Source: Takakia lepidozioides
Taxonomy: Eukaryota > Plantae > Bryophyta
Length of the DNA: 64,000 bases
Direction of reading: 5' to 3'
Assembly: GCA_030704615.1 (NCBI GenBank)
Contig: CM060734.1
Span: forward strand, 1,178,001-1,242,000
Below, piece by piece: positions 10,950-22,391 of the stretch. Numbering within the stretch: the stretch's first letter is position 1; the number at the start of each line of letters is the position of its first letter. Under the pieces are notes generated by a model that had not been told where the DNA came from, did not search any database, and saw nothing but the letters and a program-made list of their open reading frames with translations. Both the position numbers and the translations under genes were made by a program.

Positions 10950-13288
10950 GTATGCTATCGGTGGTGAGGCTGTAGTGATGACCAGCAAGACCACCAGTGT
11001 TTCTTCTATGGTGAGGCTAGGTTGATGACTAGCCAACCGTATGAGTTCTTGCGGTGGATGCAGGTGCAGGTGCCCTTAGCCATTGGAATATGACCCTTGA
11101 ACCGCAACAGGTGCCCACCCATGTCACTGTTAGGGCTAGGTGTAGAGCCTTGTAGTATCACGGGGAAGGTACACAGGTTGTGAACAGGCATCACGGAGTT
11201 ACCCAAGGGTTTTGAGGGGAGTGCGGCAACAAGCACTAGCAATGATAGTGGGTTCACAAGGCGAGGTTTTCGGTTCAGACCACCTTCACCTCCACCATCA
11301 TCTGGTTCGGAGTCTGACGCAGATTCTGTGTCTACACCAACAGGTGTGTCAGTTTCTTCACCATTGTTGTGGGATGACATGAAGGAGATGTATGGAGTCA
11401 CAAAGAGGCCACGCCGATATTTAGGGGCAGTTGGTACAAATGAGCTGGATGATTTTATTTAGGAGTTTGATAGCTGGTGCGACTTGCAGCAAATGCGCAA
11501 TGCAACTGTTCACACCATTCAAGGTGTGGAAATGATTGTTCCAACATTTGGAGGGGCCGCATATGGACGATTACCACGAGTTTAGGCGGGGACATGAGGT
11601 GGAGATTGAGACATGGAGGTTGTATTGGTCACCCGACTACGTCTCCATTACCCGAGGCACAGTGTGGCCAGCAGCTACTACAAGCACCAGTAGCACCAGT
11701 AGCACTAGTACTGCCAGTGGTTCCAAGGCTCCAATCACTCTTGTACCCGAACGAGTGGTGCCTACATTCAACCCGGTTATGGAGTTCTTCCAAGAGTTGA
11801 GAAGGAACTACCAGAGCGTGCGCACAGAGAAGTTGCGAAGTTTGCAAGACTTCCAGCGCAAGTCCAGTGAGAGCTTGCGAGAGGCTTACACTGGTATGAG
11901 GCGCTTGATAAGTGTGATCCAAGGGGTCACTGAAGCTCAGGCAGTCCAATTCTGGTATGGAATTTTGGACAAGGAGCTTAGGAGAAGGGTGCGGGATGTA
12001 ACCCTGTTACAAGCAGCCCAACCCATCTTAGCATATGTGTTTCTGCTGGCTGAGCGGATTGAGCTCAACATGGTGGAGGAGTGTGTAATGACCATTGGGT
12101 TTGGCAAGGATATGCCACGGGGTGTGTCTGCCAACCAACAAATGCAACACACTGTACCCAAGCGTGGTCAGGGGGGCAAGGTTGCCCAACCCAAATTTCA
12201 TGGAGCTTACATGGGACCTCAGGTGCGCTAGAGGCCAGTAGCTTCTTTTGCAAGCCAACAGCAACCAAGGGCGGTGTGTTGGACATGTAGAGGACCCCAT
12301 ATCAAAAAGGATTTCCCAGAGAGCGGCAAAGGGCTGGCACAAGCACGGCTTGCACAGTTGCAGTGTGGGCATTGTGGCAAGTATGGGCATGGAGAGGCCC
12401 AGTGTTATGACTTGCACCCTGAGTTGCGGCGAGGCCAGTTCCAAGGGAACAATGGTGGTCGAGGGCGAGGTGGAGCACCTCAGAGACGACGAGGTGGTCA
12501 GGCATGAGGTGCAGGATGAGGGCAAGCACAGCATGGCCAAGGTCGTGGAGGTTAGGGCATTGACCAAGACATGACCAACCGGCTTCAGCAGCTAGAGCAG
12601 AGGCTTGTTGCCATGGCCACAGCTCAGGTGATATCAGCTCCAAGACCTGAGGGTCCACTTCCTGCTCCTCCTCAATAGCGTCATCCTGACAAAGGAGACA
12701 TGGGAGGCATGGAATTTATGTGCGGGGAAGCACTCGGAGGACCACTTGTACGGGTGGATTCTACTGCAGCTGTGACTCGAGGAGCAGCACGAGTTCATGA
12801 GCCACGAGGTGAAGAGGTGGAGTTAGATCCACATCGTGGGGAGGCAAGCCGCCAGCGTGGGGAGGCTACCTCAATCATTCACATTGGCGGAGACAGTGTC
12901 GACGCCATCCATGGCACCTAGTTCTCGTCTAACGGATACCGAGGCGGAGGTTATTGTGTCATTGGGGAGAGTTACACGTGCAGCACCGACACCTGCTGCA
13001 ACCAGTGTGCTGTTGGAGGCGGCCACCTCTGTGTGTCAGGCCCCACTTTCTCGGCAACCATGATTGCGACGCCGGGAGTAAGACTAGCAGCAATATTCTG
13101 TGAAAGTGGGGAGGTCACTTCATCTTCTACGGAGTTAGTGGAAAGTGTAATGGCGGAGGGATCCTCGGATTTGAGGGTCAAGACTGCCACGGCTGCGCCA
13201 TGGCAAGCTGCAGCTGTCAAGTTGACGGAGCTGCCAGCTAGGCCAGCCATTGAGCGCGCCATGGTGACACCTGGAGTTGTCAAGCTCG
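10950..13288 (+). pseudogene. gag: gag of the DNMT-bearing retrotransposon
   Basis: LQDFQRKSSESLREAYTGMRRL capsid-like segment and two zinc knuckles (CWTCRGPH, CGHCGKYGHGEAQC). Contains stops. Confidence 0.75.
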
Positions 13289-14028
13289 GGTGAATGCAGG
13301 GTTGACTGAACCAAAATGGACGTTACCGGCACAGTTTTAGATGACTGCAATTGATGGTGTCATCAATTGAATTTTAATTAACTCATTAAAACCAGAAAAT
13401 ATATATGTCATTGGATTCCTAGCTTCAATACACACCCATATCAACTCTCCAATCATGAATCCGATAAGAAATGACTCCGCTATGGACTTTTGAACACCGT
13501 CATTGTGGACTGTTACCGCAGTGAATGAAATTACAATGGACTCAAGTTCTCATATGTGCCATTGGATTCCACTAAAATTTGGATATAAGGTGGCCATTTT
13601 GGTCCACATCATAGGTATGGATTTGAAGTGGCAAAATCATTTATCATTTGACTCGTATGGACTAATATATGTAAAAAAAATAGACGTTTTTTGAAAAGTC
13701 CATAGCTTATCTTGTTTTTTGGGTTTTGGGTGTCATTTTTTTTCTAGAGGTATAAAAACCTGTAATCTTCAATGCCTAGGTGGCATATTGAGTTTTTTTT
13801 GTAAACTCTAATTTTTAGTTTTTCATAATTTCTCTAAATAAAAGACTAAACTATTTAATAAAAATATATATCTAATATTTGGGGTAGGACTCTTTACCAA
13901 ATATGTTCAGTATATCATTATCTATCACTAAAAAACTATTTTGGATAATATCCTCAACTTTTGTTTTTTTGGTCATGGACTTTCATGGAGCAGGATCTGC
14001 CGTTTTTGGTCCACTCAACCCTGCAACT
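13289..14028 (+). mobile_element. 740-bp AT-rich non-autonomous DNA element, copy 1
   Basis: Similar over its full length to the reverse complement of 39784-40522. Subterminal inverted repeats TGCAGGGTTGA....ACCAAAA, flanked by direct repeat GCTCG (13284-13288, 14029-14033). Confidence 0.88.
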
Positions 14029-14599
14029 GCTCGAGGCATGACACGATGTGAGTTGGCCATTAGACTACAGCCGGATCATCCTACAGATGGCTCAATGATG
14101 CGAGCTAAGGCCATTGTGACAAATGCGGTCTCTTACGATGTCCTGGTTGGTGGGACAGTGTTATACCCCATGGGCTTCACCCTGGATTTTTGGGAGGAGC
14201 TGTTAGCCTCCTATAGGCCTAGATGGCAGTCAGGGGATGGTCGGCGTGTACAACTCCTTGTGACATTCATTGGGGGTGTTGCAGCTGCCCAGCGGGGCAA
14301 GATGCCGACACTAGCAGCCTTCACAGGTGTAGTAAGTTGGCCTTGAGAGTTGCTAGAAGGCAATGCTCATGCAGAGGATGTGTCACCTCCAGCAGAGCAA
14401 GATGACATGCATGATACGGCTGAGTTGTCTGCCATGGTTGCTCCCATTCCATTGTAGGGCATGAGCAAGGATTTGTAGCAGGCTGCTGATAGACGGGTGC
14501 AACAAGCCTGGGTAGAGGCCTTTGTATCGTCAAGAGAGGAGGGCGGTGATTGCACCAGGACCACCTCAGTTGTCACCATTGGACATCACACCTATTGTG

Positions 14600-15167
14600 T
14601 GGCAGTATTCGGATGAAGGCATCTGCCTTTTAGACTTGTTTGGCGGGATCAGGACTGGACTGACTGTAGTGTTGCAGGCAGGTGTACGAGTTCGGCGTTA
14701 CCTATATGTGGAGAGGGATGAGACTGCATGACACGTCTCACTGCGCCATGTTGCTTAGTTGGTACAACAACACCCTGATTTGTTGCCGGTGTCTACAGTT
14801 CGTGAATACCAGCAAGCCTTGCCAGCAGACATCTCTTTGTTGGGGGCGCAGGATTTGGAGCAGGTTGACCTTGTCAAGGGCATTCATCAGCCGGGCATGA
14901 CAATGGGTTACAAGACTCGAGATCACGCCTGTTTGGGAGATGTTGAGGGTCTTGCGCTTCAGCAGGGCTCTCCAATATATATCTTGGAGAATGTGCCATT
15001 GATGGGTGATTCTCGGGCCAAGGTGATGGCCAGCGTGCATCAAGTCCAGTCTTTGCTTGGATCAGCAGTGTTGCTGGATGCAACTGCAGTGGGGTCACGG
15101 GCTCATTGTCCACGGCTATGGTGGACCAACTTGATGCCACCCGCACTGCTCAAGCGTGCATTTGATG
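14600..15167 (+). pseudogene. DNMT3-like C5-cytosine methyltransferase domain, N-terminal part (motifs I-VIII)
   Basis: Motif I LLDLFGGI, motif II YLYVE, catalytic PCQG at 14869-14880 (in a shifted frame), motif VI ILENVP, motif VIII AHCPRLWWTN. Confidence 0.88.
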
Positions 15168-15894
15168 GAAGTTAGCTATTTCAAGAGCATGAGCGGCATG
15201 AGCGGAGTAGTAAGACAATCGGTTTTCATGAGCAAAAGTACAAATTCTGGAAATAAAAAATATTTAAAAAAATATATTATTTTAATGGAATGTGTCAGAA
15301 CAAAACTAATATAATATTCATTGTTTGAAGTTGAAATTGTAGTTTTGGGAGCCGTGCTCATGATATTTCGTCTTCCGCTCATGCAAATTTTGAGTGACAT
15401 TTGCAAAAATGGCGTCGAATTTCGCGGTAATAGGTTCTGCAACCGAAGACAATTGTGACATATTTCGCGGTAATAGGTGCCTCCGGCGAAAAATGATGCC
15501 GAATTTTGCGGCTATAGGTCCCAACATGCCAGGTGTGTTAGCCCCAAATTTGGAAATGTGGCGCCGAATTTTGTTAGATGGTGCTGGGGATTGCACAGAT
15601 GTTGGGCAGTTCTGGGCCATGCAACTGGAAATTTGACGCCATTTTTCAGCATCGTTCCCATACATGTTGGGACTTAGCCAATCTTCGGCCCAAAATAGGG
15701 AAATCCAGCGCCATTTTTCTAGAAATGGCCCCCACAACTGCTACTGTTGGAACTCAGTTTTTGGAAGATCTGCAAATTTTTCCTGCCACCATCATTCATG
15801 GAGTTTTGGGGTGCATTTCATTACACTGCAAAACAAAGTCTAATGCACAAAAATGCAATTGCAAATATCCATATGGTGGATTCCCTTTGCCCCA

Positions 15895-18800
15895 TCAATG
15901 ATTTCTGGAATCCCGGCGGAGGAGTTTGTGCAGCTCGTTCACGCTCAACGCTGGTGCATGAACAAAGTCATCAATAGTCAAGTTCATCCTCAACCTCTTC
16001 AGGTAAATGTAATACAGATGCTTGCACGGATAATACTTTGTCCCCTTCTTTGCTTCCATCAACGAGAAGTCCGTACAATTGCAGGTCGTCTCTACTCCAA
16101 TTGTAATTGTGTATACGTCGTCGCGTACACCTGAGCCGGCCATTGCCATCCGATAAACACGCCCAAGCCGGGTGCGGGTACGTCCACGGAGCTCTGAATA
16201 GTGCAAGCCATCCCAAGAGCATTGGCAATCCGAGTCTCATTCAACTTGTTGGGAGGGTGTCGTCTCTTCACTCTTCCGAATCGCATTGTGGGATGTGCAG
16301 AATTGTCCAATCCGTCTCTACTGGACCTTGCAGTCTGAACTGGAAATGGATAGGCCAGAACGTCTGTGCGTTGCACCATTTGAAATCCTGCTGCAGAAAG
16401 AACATCCGCCTCATTCTGAGAGAGGTTGCAACCCGGTGCAACAGGCCAGACGCCCGGAGGCTCCGACATTCCCTGAATCCCGTACTTGGGCTTGCCAAAT
16501 ACACAAGTCATTATGTCATGCCTACAGATCCAAAACGTCTGCGTTGAGGCGTGAGAAAATATGGGAGTAAAAAATCTGTCGCTAAACAAGGTGCAGATAC
16601 AACACCGTGTTCCTCCGAATCATTTCACCACAACGTGCTCTTGTGTCCACCCGGATGGCGCAGAACTTCCCTCGAAATGCCGATAATGTCCTTGCAATTC
16701 TCCATTGTGACTCCGACACTCATATCTCCACAATGGGTATGTTGTACTGCGTTACTACAGATGGCTCGTTATGTTCCTCAGGCATGTGCCCTGTGCTCAA
16801 AGGAGATGGCGATCTTGAACGTGCAGGACTTGCGGTGCTCGACGAGACCTCCTCGGGCAACATTACGGGACCACAAGGGAGCGTGCGAATATTCTTGTCA
16901 GCTCGCCATGAATCCTCTTCTCCGCCAGGTGCCTCGTCAAGTCTTCGTCTCACTGGACGGGTGTGAACATCTCCTTCCAAGTGTTGGCCTCTTCGAAGTA
17001 ATGGCGTGTCTCGAAGGCCCTCTCGCAAGGCTGCCGCCCACTTCCAAGGATTCTTCGATCTGGAGGCAGTCCGCATCAGCATTTCCAGCTTGTCCGGCCC
17101 CAAGCCCCACTGTTTCCCTTTCAAAAACTTGTTGTACCTGCATTGCTGCATAATTGTCCTCACAATGTCTTCCGTTGTGGCAGTGATGATGTCCACCAGA
17201 TGCGCCGGAGAGGAGGCACGCCAGGAAGAATGTACTAATTCGGCCATGTTTGTTGTCGGCATGTCGATGTCAAAGTCCAGACACATTTCCTGCACATGCA
17301 CATTCTGAGGTTACAAGCATGTTACAAATTATGACTAGCATAATATTGAAGGGGACGTGAATTCGTCCAACTCACCTCTCGCATATAGTCGCCAAACTAG
17401 AGGAAACGATAATGCCACCATGCTAGCCAAGTGACCACTGCTCCCTCATCTGATTTCTTTACAATACCTGACGTTATCCACCAAGCCCGTATACATGCAA
17501 ACTGTGTCTCTACATCATCCAAGGTGGGAGCACGCTTCCACGCAAGACACATGGAACTGAATTCTGGCGCCACGAGCCTGGTTGTGAACTGCGACAAGCT
17601 CTGCAGAAAATGGAACCCACAAGATCTCTCCTTCCATCGGAACATTGGGGTTTTCCCCGTACACCCTTCGGATGGCAGCCCAATTTGCTTGTGCGTTGTC
17701 CGCCATAAAGCCACAGAAATTGGGCGGGGGCAATCCCGCCCTGGTCATTTGTTCGTTTATTCCCTGCCAAAGGAACATCTCCAATTGTGTGTCCTCCCCT
17801 TTCATCTCACAAATAGCAATTGTCATTAGCATCCTGCAGTGGTTGTCGTTGTGCACCCAATGTCACCCACTGGTGATTTGTAATTCGCTTGATATGGTCG
17901 AACATGACCCAACTGTTTGACAAGTCCCCACTTGTCATCCGGAGGACCAGTTCGATGCCGCTGCTAGGCCCACACGTGGACATTTTGAATACGAAACAAC
18001 GATCTGCCTCAGTCCCTTGTCCTGGAAACCTACTTCCATGAATGTAGTCATATCCACATCGCCGCTTCACCTCCAGAATGGAGTGCATATCCGAGCCTCG
18101 CCCAATTCTCTGTTTGCAAGAGACAATGTGGTTTTGGACATTCGGTGAATAAACGTGGGACACTGACTCCAACAATGCCTCCATTTCCTTCTCATCGAGA
18201 GGAACTCTGTCGGAGCCATCTTCCGACATAATTCTGGCCAATGTCATCTTATGGGTGGCCTGCAGCTGTATCTGTTTGGGTTTGGCACCAGGTCTCAACT
18301 TAACCTCCTCCTGAATGAGCTGCTCTGCCTCCTAGGCAGCCTCCCGCGAGTTCCCCCTCGCCAATTTGTGACAATGCACACCAACGTGTATGCAAGCTCG
18401 TGTGAGGTCAGGGAAACGGTGCAACACATAGAATTGCTTGGCATTACAAACAGACATGCAATGTGGTGGTTCTTTGCAATGCGCACACTTAAATGTGGAG
18501 TTTGGAACCTTTTCCTGAGCTCAAAATGGTTGATGAGCTGTGCCTGTCCATTCCGTCTCGTTCCTATGACCTCTGGATTTAAAGTGGAAGCAAGTTGGGG
18601 AGAAAGACCGCAGCGCACCTGCACACACAACGTAGCGCACCCGCACACCATCGAGCATCTTCATGCTGGTGGTTTTGGTGACGCACCAAGGATGACCGTC
18701 ATGTTTCCTATCCATATCTGTCAACATTCCGGACGCCCTCGAATAGTCCGTTCGAGGAGGGAACTCAAAGAAGATATTGCTGTCGACGTCTGTGGGAACT

Positions 18801-19458
18801 TGCTAAAGTCTAGCCCAACCAGCTCCAAGCGGTGTCCCTCCATGTGAAGCCCTCACAGAATATCAAGAATGGATCGAGTTGTTGAGCTCGTGCTGGGAAT
18901 ATGATTCCCTCGTCCGCTGATGTCCATTGAGGACTTGCCTGATCTCCAGGATGATCTTGGAACTTCCATGACCTCATCTGAGTCGGACAAGTTGTGAACA
19001 ACCCGGTTCTCGCTCATCTTCATTGATGGGGTCGGCTCTGGATTAACTTCATTGCGGAGTTCTCTCTTTGAGGTACCCACTCTCTGATTCGCGGATTGTT
19101 TTGTGGAAGGCGGCAGGATAGAAGGCGCATTTGGCGGGCAAATGAAGTCCCCAACAGCCTTGTATATGACGCTGTCCGATGGTGGAACTTGCCATTCCCT
19201 ACCGTCGCCGAAATCATCGTGGAGCATAACAATACTTTCGACTACAACTCCATTTGAATCCTTCCTTTCCTCCTCCAGGAATACCGACCCCGGTTTCAGG
19301 TGGTATTGAACGCAAAGATATTTCTCCATCACCCGGCAGATCTCCCCTCTGCACGGAAATGTAGCTCTATGCTCGTGAGGAGGGCAGTACACTATAGCGC
19401 TCGAGTTTTCTGCCATGGGATATGTGCACACAAGACTACCAGGATGGCGTTCGGGCAA
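15895..19458 (-). pseudogene. MULE-type DDE transposase with C-terminal SWIM zinc finger (spliced, frameshifted)
   Basis: WVMFDH (D1), FMADNAQA (D2), CGFHF (CxxH), TTNMAE (E), SWIM CNCTDF...PCKHLYY. A Cys/His-rich N-terminal region at ~18350-18730 may be a WRKY/GCM1-type domain. Intron at ~17307-17375. Confidence 0.8.
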
Positions 19459-19531
19459 GCGCCCTGGGAGAAGGGGGGATGCAACGAGGGAAAGGAATGC
19501 AGGGCCGATCTTACTGAGCGACGAAGCCTAT

Positions 19532-20185
19532 TCACGAATCCGGGGAGTATGCATGCCAAAAGTATGCATGCAATCCATGCTCAGCTAAGTTGGGAATTTG
19601 CTCCCGTGTTGCACTGTTGTCACCAAGAAGCTGGAACCTCGATTGGCCTCTCAACAAGCTCATGACTGACAGGGTGTCTGTAGGTGAAGACAATGGATGC
19701 AGCCCGCTCCCCTTTGGTGTAGTGGACAACGGTGTCATGTCCTCAATATATGCACCATCGTAAATCGAGATCTTTGCTGTGGAGACTCTATGTCCATAGG
19801 ACTCATCCTCGTAGCTTATGAGAATGTCCCCATAGACTGTTTGCAATGGAATCCTCTCAGGCATGTACGTACACCCGATGCAATCCTTGTAGGCCCACTG
19901 GCAGCACCTCCAATGATACAGGAAGGCCGTGCGGCTTTTGGGGATGTTCCATGCAGGTGGATACTGCAGATCAACGATTCGCAGGCACCAAAGCCGCGCA
20001 AGCCTGTCCCCGCAAGGCTGATCGTGGAAGCCAGGAAGGTACTCAAGAGCGGACAGGTGGACCCTCCTCTTCTGAGAGTGGTCTATCCAATCCTGCAGGA
20101 ATATGAAAATATCCCCTGACTTGGGCGAGAAGTCCCACGGGGTGAGATGCTTGTTAGGGCAGTTGCTGGGATCCCGGCACGCCAT
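19532..20185 (-). CDS. Hypothetical 217-aa ORF inside the MULE, upstream of the transposase
   Basis: Uninterrupted ATG-initiated ORF with globular-looking, Cys/Trp-rich composition. No recognised family; could be a 5' exon. Confidence 0.4.
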   Translation of the reverse strand: MACRDPSNCPNKHLTPWDFSPKSGDIFIFLQDWIDHSQKRRVHLSALEYLPGFHDQPCGDRLARLWCLRIVDLQYPPAWNIPKSRTAFLYHWRCCQWAYKDCIGCTYMPERIPLQTVYGDILISYEDESYGHRVSTAKISIYDGAYIEDMTPLSTTPKGSGLHPLSSPTDTLSVMSLLRGQSRFQLLGDNSATREQIPNLAEHGLHAYFWHAYSPDS

Positions 20186-20469
20186 CGCCGACTATTGAAA
20201 GGGCTGCAGAGAGGGTGCGCAAGGAAGTGAGAGTGTGGGAGGAGAGGAAGTGAGAGGAGCTCGGAGTGAGGAAGTGTTGTTGCTATTTCGGTTTGAAATG
20301 CATGGGTGACGAGCGAAGTTTGACAAGTGGCAAAGAAAAGCGAAGCATTTAATTTGCCCATACTCGGGAGTGAGGCGCAACATTTACTTCCACATGAGGC
20401 CCCATAAAACCGCTCATCCCGCGAAACCTCCACGGCAGGAGATGGCGCCAACATGCTCATCCAAGTCCA

Positions 20470-21181
20470 TCCCAAGATGGAAAAACGGCGCCGAATTTCC
20501 ATCCGTGTGGGCTTACAGGGAGTCATGCCGGAGGGTGAGGGCCCCACGTTGCTTCCAGAGATCATCCCTCGGATGGGAAAATGGCGTCGAATTTCCATCC
20601 GAGCGCGCTCGGTTCAATTCCAATCAGAGGGTGATGGCCCCACGTGGCTGCCAGAGATCATCCCCTGGATGGAAAAATGGCGCCGAATTTCCATCCGAGG
20701 GGGCTGGGATGAAGTCGTCTCGGGGGGAGAGGCCGGCACGTGGATGCCAGAGTTCATCCCCCAGATGGAAAAATGGCGCCGAATTTCCATCCGAGGGGGC
20801 TGGGATGAAGTCGTCTCGGGGGGATAGGGCTCCATGTGGATGCCAGAGTTCATCCCCCGGATGGAAAAATGGTGCCGAATTTCCATCCGAGGGGGCTTTG
20901 ATGAAGTCATCTCGGGGGGGAGAGGCCGGCACGCGGCTGCCAGAGATCATCCCCCGGATGGAAAAATGGCGCCGAATTTCCATCCGAGGGGGCTGGGATG
21001 GAGTCGTCTGGGGGGGAGAGGCCGGCACGTGGCTGCCAGAGATCATCCCCCGGATGGAAAAATGGCACCGAATTTCCATCCGAGGGGGCTGGGATGGAGT
21101 CGTCTCGGGGGGAGAGGCCGACACCTGCTTGGCAGAGTTCATCCCCCGGATGGAAAAATGGCGCCGAATTTCCATCCGAGG
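20470..21181. repeat. Tandem array of eight ~96-bp units, each containing the palindrome CGGATGGAAA-AATGGCGCCGAA-TTTCCATCCG
   Basis: Cores at ~20476, 20570, 20666, 20763, 20859, 20956, 21052 and 21148. A 32-aa periodicity is visible in the overlapping ORFs. Confidence 0.95.
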
Positions 21182-21325
21182 ACACTCGTATGGAGCCGTC
21201 TTCAACCATTTTCAGTCGTTACATGACCTTTTTTCGAGTTTTTTTGTATAATCCGACCCTGAACTTACAATTTTCTCCCTGCGGGCCACTTTCTGTGGAC
21301 GTTATCCCCACAAATGTCGTGCAAT

Positions 21326-21492
21326 GGATGGAAATTCGGCGCTGGTTTTCCATCCGAGGGAGGTCCGACTAATCTTGCGGATGGAAATTCGGCGCCGGTT
21401 TTCCATCCGGGGGTGCTCCGAGTTACCTACAGGATGGAAATTCGGCGCCGATTTTCCATTGGATATAACTTCTGCACCATTTTTCCATCCAG
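21326..21492. repeat. Four further palindrome cores in the opposite orientation
   Basis: GGATGGAAATTCGGCGCCGGTTTTCCATCCG-like copies at ~21326, 21378 and 21432, plus a degenerate copy at ~21461. Confidence 0.85.
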
Positions 21493-22391
21493 AGCGGCGT
21501 GGATAGTGACATCTCGAGCGGATCGAGGGCCAGGTGGCGGGGGCGAGCTCCATACCTATGACATTGAAGGGCGCCGGCCAGCATTCATTGTCCATAGCCG
21601 TTGGTTTTGAACCGGTGTAGTGGGCACGGATTCCACGCTGCCTTCTCGGATACGCATCGAACCCCTGACGTGACGGGTGGATGAAGTCCCGCTCAAGGGC
21701 TGTACGCATGCATTCTGTGGGAGAGTTACCTGTTAGTCGGACTTATGCCGCGTGGAGGAGGTCGTGGCTCTCGTGAGATGAACCCCACTTCCAGACTGCG
21801 GCGCAAACTCAAACCTTTGTACTACGGAACGCGTCCAACGTCTCGCATGGCCAAGTTGAAACTCAAGCAGGAGATCCCCTTGTCTTGCTCACAGCCGGCG
21901 CCAACTGAAGCGGAGCATTCTCAGGCGAGCCCCAGCTTCCTCCTCTCTCTCTATCATGTGCGGTCGTCTGATTGGCTTTGTTCTGTTTGTTTTAGCATCC
22001 TTGTGAATGTCCTTCTTCATGTGCTTTTTCGCCTTTAATTGGTTTTGCTCTCATGGTTGTTCCATGCCACTCCCTACTCTGCCTCTCACGACTGTCTCGT
22101 TTTTGGGCCGTGGTGGCGCTCCCGTTGGGGATGACAGAGTGAAGACCAGCTCGACACGGTGGTGATATCGTCGACCGCTCCGACTCCTCGAGCACTCACT
22201 CCAAAAGCGGCTACTCATCGAGCGCATTCCGACAGTCATCGGCAGCAGTCTGCGGACCACGTGCTTCGCATATTCGGGGAGCCAAAGCGGGGCGGGAGGG
22301 CTCACAGGAAGTAGCTCCTTTTGTTGGTGGACGGGAGGCCCTGGGATGGGAGTACGCCCGAGTAGGCATTCGGGAGGTTGGTGCAGCCGGC

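Noticed and set aside
11006-11401. Antisense 131-aa ORF
   Set aside because: It is the shadow of the Ser/Pro-rich gag N-terminus on the plus strand.
20370-21372. Long repetitive ORFs on both strands (e.g. 20370-21251)
   Set aside because: These are by-products of a GC-rich repeat with a unit length divisible by three; several frames are open at once.
20470-21492. CRISPR array (palindromic ~32-bp repeats at regular spacing)
   Set aside because: The spacers are homologous to one another (whole 96-bp units are duplicated), there are no cas genes, and the context is a eukaryotic transposon.
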